Assembly (NCBI GenBank): GCA_036339875.1
Contig: JAYZAC010000043.1
Coordinates: 1 to 29,012, forward strand
Origin: a bacterium
GTDB lineage: Bacteria; Muiribacteriota; UBA6191
DNA: 29,012 bases
Direction: 5' to 3'
Under the pieces are notes generated by a model. The model was not told where the DNA came from, ran no database searches, and saw nothing but the letters and a program-made list of their open reading frames with translations. Made by a program: the position numbers and the translations under genes. This document shows positions 7,576 to 16,854 of the stretch, one piece after another. Numbering within the stretch: position 1 is the first letter of the stretch; every line of letters starts with the position of its first letter.

Positions 7576-9824
7576 CTAAGGTCTGTAGAATCTGGTTGCT
7601 GTTAGCTCTCCCCTTATCTCGTAGAGAAATTCCAACATTTTACGCTCTACTTCATTAGATGGTTTCAGAAACATCTTCTGACGCCATTTATGCGCTGCTG
7701 ATAGATTCCCCTGCTGAATAAGTAAAGTCAGCTTTACGTAGGGATCCAAGTCATCGCGTTGAACTTCCATTGCACTCCTAGGAGTTGCCTGACGCATATT
7801 AGAGATTAAAAGTTCGAAAAACACACTCTCGAGGAAGCCTCCTCTCGTTACCCTCAAATTTGGAACACCTTGTCTCCAACTATAAAACAACTGGCGCCCT
7901 GGGCTATTTAAATCCCCCGCAAGAGCCTCTAAAGCCAGAGAATACTCAAAATTTAAAGAATCCCTCCTCGATAATTTTCGGAGAATAGATTCCGCAGCTT
8001 TTGTACAAAGATTCCTCAAAAGCAGAGGTACCCATTCCTTGATCAATGAAGAATCACTGAGATCGCCAGCAAGGCCTTCTATAACTTTATCATCAATCAA
8101 TTTTTGACTAATTTTTCGGAAATCTAAATATTCTCTGGATTCAGTTAACGTAATGAAATTTTTGAGATACAGACTAGGAGTCAAACTTAAGTCTGCGCTT
8201 TCAGAATCATTGAAACTAGTATCTCCAAAAACTCTCACACTTAATCCTGAAAATTGGATCTTTGCCGTGGGAAATCTATTCAATATCGGTTCAACGTATT
8301 TCAACCATACTGATCTAGAATAACCTGAAGATGTAAAAACAAGGAGAATCGAATCCAACTTATCCAAATAAGCTCTCATTAATTCTGTGTAGTCTTTCTC
8401 GAAAAAATGATCATGAAAATTAAATGCAAATCCAACCGAGCGATTTCGAGGCCAAAGTAAACGTAGTTTCTGCTTACTTACTTCAGAGGCAAAATCTTGA
8501 AGGTAAAGACTCGGAGAAAAACCCAAAATTTGTTCATCTTTACGATCCAACCAAATAAAACTTTCAATATTTTCTCTAGGCTCATTTAACGGGAAATTAA
8601 ATAACATCCAATGTTCGGAGGACAAACTGCCCCGATTTCGATGAAAATCAATATCTTTATATAATATTCTTCCGGCAAAACTAACCTGACTTTGATTCTC
8701 CCATTTTTCCAAACGGGGCTCCTTACGAGAAAAATTACTTTGATAATCCTTCTTATGACTTAGATTCATCACACTATAATAAAGCAAAAAAATACATAGA
8801 AGACCCCTCTTCCAGCTGGTACTTTTAAGAAAAATTACAAGTAGTCTTACACACAAAGCGAAAAAGAAAACTAAGGATCTTTGAACTAACGTCTGGTAAC
8901 CGAAAATAATTAGAATGGAAATTAACAAAAGTGACCATAATAGATCTGAGGAAGAACCACGCTTTTGATTAGCTGGAATAAACATTAAAAATAAGAGACT
9001 AAACAAAGCAAAAGGCGCAAACCATTCCCAACGAAATAATGACAATGAAGCAAGAATAAAAAAACAGTAAAAGGCAAATGATGCAAACAAGTCTTTCGAA
9101 GTGTCTCCATGTGGCGAGGCGTGAGCTTTCACATTGCGATTGGAAAAACCAGGTACTCCATCTGCCAGTATTAAAAGGACTATTAGAATAATCCACCAAC
9201 TCTCATCGAATTGTCTTACCCAAAAAGCAGCAAGAAAAACTAGTAACCAGTATTCAGATAAAATCCTGTTAGAAAAGTGTCTAGGAAATCCAGAGTGTCG
9301 AAACCGCAATAAATAATTAACGCCACATCCCAAAATTAAAATACTCAAGAAACCAGGATTTTTTAAAACTTCTGAATGAGCTAATCCTGCTCCTGTCAGC
9401 AAAGCTCCAAACAAACATAGTTGACTCTTAATTGGCTTGTCAGATAGAGCCTTTCTACTTATTAAAAGAAGACTATGCCATGGAATAAATAAAAAAAAGA
9501 GCAGTAGAAACTCCAATAACCAAGGGAAATTCCAATAGTTTTCAATTAAATAAAAATCTTGATGAAGCCATACTAAGGCTTTGCTATGAATCCACTGAGG
9601 TAAATGTGAACACTGAATAAGTAGCAGGAGCCCAAAAGCTAAGCTTGGAAAACCTTCTCGTGACAATTTCTTATGCTGCGGGAAGTTAAGAGCTACCCAT
9701 TGATAAGAAGCAATGAATGCAAAAAGAAAGACATCTCGCTCTAAACTTAGAACCGAAAGCTCTTTAGCCCAACTAAAGAAACTTATACCGAGACTAAGCT
9801 GAAAAAAAAAACAACAGGATTCAC
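7576..9824 (-). CDS. Polytopic membrane protein with a soluble C-terminal region, possibly a divergent fused MFS/spermidine-synthase-like protein; frameshifted at a T10 run (in-frame ORF 7576..9666)
   Basis: About 10 hydrophobic segments followed by ~390 soluble residues. GTG 9824 overlaps the upstream stop (GTGA) and follows GAGAGGG; it joins the long ORF only if the T run is 11 (or 8) nt. The family assignment is from architecture only and is weak. Confidence 0.6.
9802..9811. repeat. A10/T10 homopolymer at the frameshift site
   Basis: Ten consecutive A on the plus strand, 13 nt downstream of the proposed GTG start. Confidence 0.85.
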
Positions 9825-10432
9825 GAACCCTCTCGACGTAAAATTTTATGATTAAGGTTTATGCGCAACGCGGTAGTTTCTTTCTCTAAAATAGTTACTT
9901 CTAACTTTAAAGGAACCTCATGAAGATTATTATATATGGAAATGCTATACAAACCGTGTGGAATATCCTCTAGCTTTAACAAACCTCGTCGATCTGGCCT
10001 CACTACAAAATCATTTTGATCTACATATAATCTTCCTACGACACCAGGAGCGGAATGTTCTTCAATTTGATAATACCCTTCTTGAGAGAAATCAAGTGAT
10101 GTTACACGCTTTCTGTTACCAGTACGATATGCATATGAGCGCCCCAAAATAATCAAATCCTTTATTGGCTTTCCCTGCTGATGAAATTCAACTATATCTG
10201 AAGGCTCAATAACAAGAATATGGGGTTCAAACGTTTGATTAATAAACCATTTGTGAACTTCAGACTGCCCTGACTTACTCACCTCTGCTGTAAGAGAACG
10301 AAAACCTATTGTAATAATCTGGGGATTTTGCCGAAGACCGTTATCATCAGTTAAGCGAATATGACCCAATAATGAACCTGAAAATACTTTCGACACAAGT
10401 AATAAAAAGGTAGTAGCAATTAAACAACGCAT
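9821..10432 (-). CDS. Exported protein with a cupredoxin-like domain and a carboxypeptidase-regulatory-like beta-sandwich domain
   Basis: Signal peptide; F.PHILVI..SD.VEF, F..EGYY.I and D..G...LEDIP.G.Y.I.IY patterns; TAATG coupling to the arginase stop. Confidence 0.6.
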   Translation of the reverse strand: MRCLIATTFLLLVSKVFSGSLLGHIRLTDDNGLRQNPQIITIGFRSLTAEVSKSGQSEVHKWFINQTFEPHILVIEPSDIVEFHQQGKPIKDLIILGRSYAYRTGNRKRVTSLDFSQEGYYQIEEHSAPGVVGRLYVDQNDFVVRPDRRGLLKLEDIPHGLYSISIYNNLHEVPLKLEVTILEKETTALRINLNHKILRREGS

Positions 10433-11352
10433 TAGTAGATAACCTTTCCTAATGCGGATTGAATCAATTCTAATGCAAGCTTAGCAGTGGAGTTTTTGTA
10501 ATCTAGCAAAGGGTTAACTTCAACAATATCCATAGCAGCTAAAGTTCCCGATTCTGCAATCATCTCAAGTAATAAGTGCGCTTCACGAATAGTTGTACCA
10601 CCCGATACTGGTGTTCCGGTTCCCGGAACATATCTCTCATCAACTCCATCCACATCGAAACTCAAATGAATCGGCTCGCCCTTGGGAGAAGCTATTCTAA
10701 GGGCTCTACGATAACAGTTCGCAGCTCCCATTTCATCAAGATCCTTCATAGTAAATATCCGTACGCCGAGATCTCTAATGATTTCGGCTTCTTCAACATC
10801 TACACTTCGAACACCAATAATGACAGTTCGACCCGGACTTAAAAACCCTTTTTCAAAAAGTTCACAAAGCTGGGGAACCCCCTTACCTAAAGCTATTGCT
10901 AAAGGCATACCATGTATGTTTCCGCTTGGGCTAGTTTCCTCAGTATTTAAGTCTGCATGAGCATCGAACCATATAACTCCGGGACGCACACCTAGATCGG
11001 CAAAGTAAGTACAGGTAGCTGCAAGACTACCTATTGCTAGGGAATGATCTCCCCCGAGAACCAAGGGTAGAGAACCTACTTTGTAGGCCGAAAAAACTCG
11101 CTCTTTAACTTTACGTTGAAACTCAACGATTTCCTCTAGGTAGCGAATTTCTCCTGAGCGAAAATCTTTTGCTGGATAGGGTTCCTCCAAAGCACACAGA
11201 TTTCCCTGGTCCACATAATTCCAATGTAAACGCTGTAAATTTTCGTGTAAACCAGCTAGACGAATCGCATCAGGACCAAGACTTGCTCCAACAGTACCTG
11301 AAGCAATACTAATGGGAGCTCCAATTATTTCAATTTTTCTTCGTTCATTCAT
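10432..11352 (-). CDS. rocF: Arginase (ureohydrolase family)
   Basis: GGDHS, WFDAHADLN, SPSGNIHGMP, SFDVDGVD, PGTGTPV.GG and EVNP motifs are all intact. Confidence 0.95.
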   Translation of the reverse strand: MNERRKIEIIGAPISIASGTVGASLGPDAIRLAGLHENLQRLHWNYVDQGNLCALEEPYPAKDFRSGEIRYLEEIVEFQRKVKERVFSAYKVGSLPLVLGGDHSLAIGSLAATCTYFADLGVRPGVIWFDAHADLNTEETSPSGNIHGMPLAIALGKGVPQLCELFEKGFLSPGRTVIIGVRSVDVEEAEIIRDLGVRIFTMKDLDEMGAANCYRRALRIASPKGEPIHLSFDVDGVDERYVPGTGTPVSGGTTIREAHLLLEMIAESGTLAAMDIVEVNPLLDYKNSTAKLALELIQSALGKVIY

Positions 11353-11370
11353 AGAATGACGATTCTACCA
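11352..11370 (-). promoter_or_regulatory. Extended -10 (TGgTAGAAT) inside a perfect inverted repeat TAGAAT-N4-ATTCTA that abuts the arginase start
   Basis: Minus strand reads TGG TAGAAT CGTC ATTCT ATG; no SD. Confidence 0.45.
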
Positions 11371-11406
11371 AACTATACAACGGATTTCGATGAGGTATAT
11401 TGGACG

Positions 11407-12525
11407 CTATTCGACTTCTTGATCAAAAGAATTTGAAGGGCCTGTTTCATCATTCAGAATAATCGTTTCACTTGAACCCTCACTAGGCATTATTTGACCC
11501 CATCGTTGATAATCTTCTTCAGCAAGTTTGAGTGACTCCAACTTCGGGCTAGATTCCTTAAAAATCACGCCTTCACCCCTCTGAAGCGATTCAACAGATT
11601 TGTCTCCACGTGACTGTCTGACTTCCACGTTACCTTCAAATACTTGAACTCCTGAAGAAGCTCCAACAGCACCAGTTCTTGAAGTGGTGACTGTATTCCA
11701 GTCAATGGTATTGGCACTTACGGAGAATATCGTACCTCTCACGGCTGCCACTAGATGATCTGTCTTTATCTCAAAATGATCAACCTTCTTACGAATTTCA
11801 ACCCATACATCGCCATGCTTAAGATGAAAATTTTCATGATCAATAACTCTCAATTCAGTTTTAGGTTTCAATTTAATTTCTGTATCATCACCAACATAAG
11901 CTATCTTAGCGTTCCCAATAGTTCGTATGATATGGCCGGCCTTCAGTACTTCGCTACCACCAGAATTTATAAACTTAAGTCTTTTAGGATCAGTACCAAT
12001 AAAAACTAGACCATCAATGGCATGTATAGCCATTTTCACTGGACCGTCCACCATTTTAGGATGCACATACTTCTGATCTACTAGATTGTGAGGAACATCT
12101 GAATTATCAAGACTACCTGGACGATCAGCTACGTCTACAATTTGACCCTGCGGCCTAAAAACATCATCAGCCTTAAAGAAAGGTGAATCCATGTTAGTAA
12201 CAGCGAAGACGAAAACTGCAGCTAAGGCAACACCGATTGCACCCACGATGGGACTAAAGTTTTCAAAAATACTTCCGTACCCACCCCTGTTTACTCTTTT
12301 AAATTTTACTGCAGGCAACTGAGCCATAACATTTTCAGTGAAATTCTCAGGGGGTTCCAGTTCTTCTTCTGCATCTAACAAACCTAAAATTTTCTTGTAG
12401 CGTTCAAGATCTATTCGGGACTCAGCATGCGTCTCTAAGTAATTCTCTAGCAGAGACTTCTGCTCACTAGATAATGACATATCTAGATGATTTTGGATTA
12501 ATTCTTCAACTTTTTCAGGTTTCAT
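11407..12525 (-). CDS. Anti-sigma-factor-like protein (N-terminal ASD, one TM, FecR-like extracytoplasmic domain)
   Basis: N-terminal LI..HLD..LS.EQK..LE.YL and EPPENFTENVM; TM around aa 93-110; FecR motifs IKLKPKTEL, LKHGDVWVE, FEIKT....AAVRGT.FSV and V.VFEG.VEV. Confidence 0.85.
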   Translation of the reverse strand: MKPEKVEELIQNHLDMSLSSEQKSLLENYLETHAESRIDLERYKKILGLLDAEEELEPPENFTENVMAQLPAVKFKRVNRGGYGSIFENFSPIVGAIGVALAAVFVFAVTNMDSPFFKADDVFRPQGQIVDVADRPGSLDNSDVPHNLVDQKYVHPKMVDGPVKMAIHAIDGLVFIGTDPKRLKFINSGGSEVLKAGHIIRTIGNAKIAYVGDDTEIKLKPKTELRVIDHENFHLKHGDVWVEIRKKVDHFEIKTDHLVAAVRGTIFSVSANTIDWNTVTTSRTGAVGASSGVQVFEGNVEVRQSRGDKSVESLQRGEGVIFKESSPKLESLKLAEEDYQRWGQIMPSEGSSETIILNDETGPSNSFDQEVE

Positions 12526-12554
12526 AGCAATCTTGATTAAATATCACAAACCAC

Positions 12555-12580
12555 TACGATTCCGAGAAGGAAATGTTTCA
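12555..12580 (-). promoter_or_regulatory. ECF sigma (SigW-type) promoter TGAAAC-N16-CGTA
   Basis: Minus strand reads TGAAAC atttccttctcggaat CGTA, ending 29 nt upstream of the anti-sigma ATG. Confidence 0.75.
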
Positions 12581-12613
12581 ACTAATTTAGGCTTAAAAAC
12601 CTTAAATTCACTG

Positions 12614-12811
12614 TCAAGCTACTTGATTTTGCTCTTCATTACTCTGACTTCGGCTTAATTCGCGTTGTTCTGAAACGATACGAGAAAGCAGAATCTCTAC
12701 GCTAAAGTGTAATCTCCTATTCTGATCCTGAAGAATTTCAATTTCTCTCTCAAGCTTAGTGATTCGGGATTCCGTAAGCTTCCGAGTTTGAAAAAATTTT
12801 TTAATATTCAT
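12614..12811 (-). CDS. Small coiled-coil hypothetical protein (65 aa)
   Basis: GAGGA SD before ATG 12811; heptad pattern ITKLEREIEILQDQNRRL. Confidence 0.6.
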   Translation of the reverse strand: MNIKKFFQTRKLTESRITKLEREIEILQDQNRRLHFSVEILLSRIVSEQRELSRSQSNEEQNQVA

Positions 12812-12816
12812 ATAAT
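12788..12816 (+). promoter_or_regulatory. sigma70-like promoter TTGAAA-17-TATAAT for the lipoprotein gene
   Basis: TTGAAA at 12788-12793 and TATAAT at 12811-12816, 17-nt spacer. Confidence 0.6.
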
Positions 12817-12841
12817 CCTCATCATCAGTCACTCTTCAATC

Positions 12842-13330
12842 ATGCATCGACTTCGACATACATTTATTCAATATTTTTGTCCATTTTTGTTGTTATTTTT
12901 TGGTTGTACTTATGAAAAAAAAGTACCTTTCTTCGACAAATACGAAGTACGAAAAAGTCGCGTGAAAACAAAAGTTTATAGAACTAAAACATTTCCTAGA
13001 AGCTTGAAATTAAGGGGAGTAAAACGTGAACTACTTCTTGCCGGGGCCCGCGAAGGTCTTTCTTTTTTCGTCGAATATTATGAACTCGAAATAGAAATAC
13101 CGCAGGTAAACCAGCTAGTTGAAGGGCCCGGTTGGTATAAAGATTCAAAAGGCACTCATTTTCAGGAAAAAGAATTCTCAATTTTAAATAAAAATCACCT
13201 GGAAATTCGATTTTTTCGTCGAGAACCTCCTTACATTATTTTTGGGTCCTTCTTGATGCAAGCAGATTCAGAAGATCAACTTCGTCGATTTATGCCTGAG
13301 TTGTATGAAGAAGCAATCAACAATAAATAA
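12842..13330 (+). CDS. Putative lipoprotein of unknown function
   Basis: From ATG 12842: MHRLRHTFIQYFCPFLLLFFGC, a basic N-region, hydrophobic core and lipobox-like FFG-C. Confidence 0.65.
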   Translation: MHRLRHTFIQYFCPFLLLFFGCTYEKKVPFFDKYEVRKSRVKTKVYRTKTFPRSLKLRGVKRELLLAGAREGLSFFVEYYELEIEIPQVNQLVEGPGWYKDSKGTHFQEKEFSILNKNHLEIRFFRREPPYIIFGSFLMQADSEDQLRRFMPELYEEAINNK

Positions 13331-13466
13331 AACGCTCTAAGAAATTACAAACTCAACGGAGTCTGTACAGAGATTAATCTAAAAAACTAAAGTCACCGGT
13401 CTCGATAAAACGAATGGTGGTGGAAATCAAAGAAATTGTTGAGGCAAGCAACAAAACATAAATAGC

Positions 13467-13499
13467 AAAAGCCCCCCATCTTGCTTAGATGAGAGGCTT
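13467..13499 (-). terminator. Intrinsic terminator after ftsZ
   Basis: Minus strand AAGCCTCTCATCT-AAGCA-AGATGGGGGGCTT then TTGCTATTT; the two G-U pairs work only on the minus strand. Confidence 0.75.
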
Positions 13500-13515
13500 A
13501 GCTTATTCAAAAAAC

Positions 13516-14634
13516 TTATTTTTTTCTTAAAAAAGAAGGAACATCCAAGTCATCACTCTTGCTAGCTACCTTCATTTCCTGCTCTTTGGGAGCCACCTGC
13601 TGGACAACCTGTTGCACTGGTTGAGGAGGTACTGAGCTTATTTTACTCATATTATTTGCCATTTGAACGGCCTGAGGACGACCTTCCTCCTCAAAGCGAG
13701 TTGCAATAACGGTAATCCTCATACCTTCACCAATCTGTTCATCTATCGTAGATCCAAATATTATCTCTGCATCTTCGTGAACAGCATTCTGAATAATCTG
13801 TGCCGCTTGGTTGACTTCTAACATTCCTAAATTACCTGAACCACAAATATTCAATAAAACTGAGCGTGCACCATCAATACTTGACTCCAAAAGAGGACTA
13901 TCGATTGCCATTTGAGCTGCTTTTTCTGCTCTACCCTCTCCTTCAGCGAATCCTATACCCATTATTGCTCTACCAGAATCTTGCATGATCGTCTTTACGT
14001 CAGCAAAGTCACAATTGATCATACCAGGCAAAGTAATAAGATCCGTTATACCTTGCACACCCTGGCGTAAAATGTTGTCAGCCAAACCAAAAGCTTCCAT
14101 CATAGAAGTGTTCGTGTCTGCTATTTGTAGAAGCCGATCGTTAGGAATAACTATTAGTGAGTCCACCGATTCGCGTAAATTCTTCAAACCTACGTCGGCT
14201 ATTTGACCTCGTTTTCGTCCTTCAAAACTAAATGGTCTTGTGACGACTGCGACAGTGAGCACACCTTTTTCTTTAGCCAACTGAGCGATCACAGGAGCAG
14301 CGCCTGTACCAGTTCCACCACCCATACCAGCTGTGATGAATATCATATCTGCACCCTCGATTGATGCTGCTATTTTTTCTTGATCTTCCTCCGCAGCTTT
14401 CTTACCAATCTCAAAATTAGCGCCTGCGCCCAAACCCTTGGTAAGTTTATCGCCTAGTTGTAGTTTTATGCGCGCCTCAGAAAGCACTAAAGCTTGTGCA
14501 TCTGTGTTAGCCGTAATGAAATCTACACCGCCCATATCACTCGTGATCATACGGTTAACTGCGTTACCACCGCCGCCGCCAACTCCAACTACCTTTATAT
14601 CTGCCGATCTCTCTACTGCTTCAAATTCAAACAT
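13516..14634 (-). CDS. ftsZ: Cell division protein FtsZ
   Basis: [35 protein letters not shown] and C-terminal [10 protein letters not shown]; start moved to ATG 14634 after AAGGAGAGG. Confidence 0.98.
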   Translation of the reverse strand: MFEFEAVERSADIKVVGVGGGGGNAVNRMITSDMGGVDFITANTDAQALVLSEARIKLQLGDKLTKGLGAGANFEIGKKAAEEDQEKIAASIEGADMIFITAGMGGGTGTGAAPVIAQLAKEKGVLTVAVVTRPFSFEGRKRGQIADVGLKNLRESVDSLIVIPNDRLLQIADTNTSMMEAFGLADNILRQGVQGITDLITLPGMINCDFADVKTIMQDSGRAIMGIGFAEGEGRAEKAAQMAIDSPLLESSIDGARSVLLNICGSGNLGMLEVNQAAQIIQNAVHEDAEIIFGSTIDEQIGEGMRITVIATRFEEEGRPQAVQMANNMSKISSVPPQPVQQVVQQVAPKEQEMKVASKSDDLDVPSFLRKK

Positions 14635-14741
14635 GCTGCCCTCTCCTTGCTTGCCCAGACTCGCTTCAAAAAAGTGACGGGATAATAACACAGGAACAAA
14701 CCAGTGGTATGAAAAAAGCGCAAATTCAGCCTAACGAGCGT

Positions 14742-15959
14742 TCAGAGAAACCAGGATTTAACAACAGCAACGAGCCTCTCCATAACACCTTCTTCATGGT
14801 ATTCCTGTAGAACAAGCTCATGGTTTTTATAGCCGTAAAATATCAACCCTACTGCTGTTGCGAAAATTGGGCTGCTGACCTTTTCAACTAAACCGGTGAC
14901 ATTACGAATTTTACCTAATCTTACTCCTAGATTAGATTGGGCTTGAAAAATACCATCAATCCCACGTATTTGAGCACCACCACCCGTAACGACAATACCA
15001 GCAGCAAAGCTATTCAAATTTGGTACATGTTCTCGCACTTCCGCAAGACATAATTCAACTAATTCGTCACCTCTATAGTTTAAAACTTCGACGATAGTCT
15101 TTAGAGGCACAGTTCTGCGACCCTCTCCTCCAAGAGTATCCACTTCGATTTTCAATTCTGAATCAACTAAATCTTCGAGCACACTCCCGTATCGAATTTT
15201 CAATTTTTCAGCTTCCGAATAAGGACATTTCAAGTAATGAGCTAAATCATTAGTAAAATGTCCCCCTCCGACCGGGATGACTGCACTGTGGGTCAGCTTA
15301 CCCTTCTGAAAAATTGCTAAATCCGTTGTACCGCCACCAATATCTACAAGAATTACTCCCATTTTTCTTTCATCATCAGTTAATACAGCCTCGGCAGAAG
15401 CAAGTGGCTGTAGTATAACGTCTGCGACATCTAAATTAACATTATGGGCACATTGAACCATGTTACGAATCGCACTGACGGCACCGGTGACCACGTGAAT
15501 AGACCCTTCTAAAGTAGTACCAACCATACCAACGGGATCTTTAATTTCGGGTTCCGAATCTAAACTGAACTCACGAGGAATAGCGTGTATAATTTCTTTA
15601 TCCCCCGGCAGGTAGAAGCCCTTGGCCTCTTCTATGAGGCGCTCAACATCATGCCGCGTTATGCAAGTAGCCCCTTTGAGATCTATCCTTGCGATCTGAT
15701 TACTTGACTGAATGTGGCCACCCGCTATCCCAATGTACACGTACCCTATCGCAAGATCAGCCATTCGCTGAGCCTCATCTATAGCCTGCTGTATACATCG
15801 CGTGGTCTGCTCTACATTTACGACAAGACCTTTCTCCATTCCTTGGGATGGGGTTATCCCCACACCAATTACGCGAGTGTGATATTCATCTATCATCTCT
15901 CCGACCACTGCTGTAACTTTGGTGGTCCCGATATCAAGTCCTACTACCGTACTATTCAT
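14742..15959 (-). CDS. ftsA: Cell division protein FtsA
   Basis: VGLDIGTTKV, VDIGGGTTD, AEKLKI.YG, VVTGGGA, P.FATAVGL and an amphipathic C-terminal helix. Confidence 0.97.
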   Translation of the reverse strand: MNSTVVGLDIGTTKVTAVVGEMIDEYHTRVIGVGITPSQGMEKGLVVNVEQTTRCIQQAIDEAQRMADLAIGYVYIGIAGGHIQSSNQIARIDLKGATCITRHDVERLIEEAKGFYLPGDKEIIHAIPREFSLDSEPEIKDPVGMVGTTLEGSIHVVTGAVSAIRNMVQCAHNVNLDVADVILQPLASAEAVLTDDERKMGVILVDIGGGTTDLAIFQKGKLTHSAVIPVGGGHFTNDLAHYLKCPYSEAEKLKIRYGSVLEDLVDSELKIEVDTLGGEGRRTVPLKTIVEVLNYRGDELVELCLAEVREHVPNLNSFAAGIVVTGGGAQIRGIDGIFQAQSNLGVRLGKIRNVTGLVEKVSSPIFATAVGLIFYGYKNHELVLQEYHEEGVMERLVAVVKSWFL

Positions 15960-16016
15960 TAAAAAATGTATCTTATTTAGATTTGCTTTCTAGTTATTAA
16001 AACTGTTCGCGAAGAA

Positions 16017-16784
16017 TTAAACAATCTTAACTACCATATCTTCGAAGCGAAGATCAATATAATCTAGCCTTTTACCTGACTTTTGTACATGTGAAAATAC
16101 TGCAAGAGCTCTCTCCTCATGACGTTGAAACTCTAATGGAGATTGCAAATATACCCTCACACCTTGATAAACCAATGTTAAACGATTACCTGATTCCATT
16201 CGAAATTCTTGAAATTTATACAGCTTTGATCCAGATAAAACCTTTATCCACCTAAGCAAAGAATCGTGTCTTTCAGGATTAAGCTGATAGACTTCCCATT
16301 CTTTCTCTGTTAAATCCATATGAATTCTTGGAACTTTAGCCGGCTTTTGCACAGGAAAAAACTTACCCTCTTCATTCATTCCCAGTAGAGATGAGTTACT
16401 CCAAAAATAAATCTTTACCTCCTCCTCCACTACCTGAATTTGAAGTCTCCTCGGTGCCAACTGCACAAGTTCTGCTGATTTAATCCTTGGATCTGACTCT
16501 AACTGCATCTTTATCGACGAGAAACTTAATTGAAACATTCTAGCTCCTGTATCGATTTGACTCAATTCTACAACCTCTCCTGCACTTAAGGATCGGTTCC
16601 CTCTTACCACAATCTCTTCCAATGAAAAAAACGAAGAATGAAAAACTAAAACATATGTTTCTAAAAAACATAGACCAATCAGAAGACCAGTTATGAGCTT
16701 TCCCCAAGGTAGCGGCTTTTTGACCGCAGCTTCAGAAGGAAAATATTGATTTCGCTTGAATCTATATTTCATTTGATTTGACAT
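16017..16784 (-). CDS. ftsQ: Cell division protein FtsQ/DivIB
   Basis: Single TM, POTRA domain (F.LEEIVVRGN..LS, P.IKSA......P..L.I.V.E) and C-terminal YIDLRF; directly upstream of ftsA. Confidence 0.9.
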   Translation of the reverse strand: MSNQMKYRFKRNQYFPSEAAVKKPLPWGKLITGLLIGLCFLETYVLVFHSSFFSLEEIVVRGNRSLSAGEVVELSQIDTGARMFQLSFSSIKMQLESDPRIKSAELVQLAPRRLQIQVVEEEVKIYFWSNSSLLGMNEEGKFFPVQKPAKVPRIHMDLTEKEWEVYQLNPERHDSLLRWIKVLSGSKLYKFQEFRMESGNRLTLVYQGVRVYLQSPLEFQRHEERALAVFSHVQKSGKRLDYIDLRFEDMVVKIV

Positions 16785-16854
16785 ATTCCAAGACCTGCCG
16801 CAGGTATATCAGAATCATTCTAAAACAGGTGCCTCAGAAACTCTAGACAAGTTT

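Noticed and set aside
13380..13408. Possible sigma28 promoter (TAAA...CTCGATAA)
   Set aside because: The spacing is off and no plus-strand gene follows.
14635..14691. 19-aa N-terminal extension of FtsZ
   Set aside because: AAGGAGAGG precedes ATG 14634, which gives a typical FtsZ N-terminus.
16811..16821. Shared AGAAT/ATTCT operator at ftsQ and arginase
   Set aside because: The spacers differ (1 versus 4 nt), so a common protein-binding site is unlikely.
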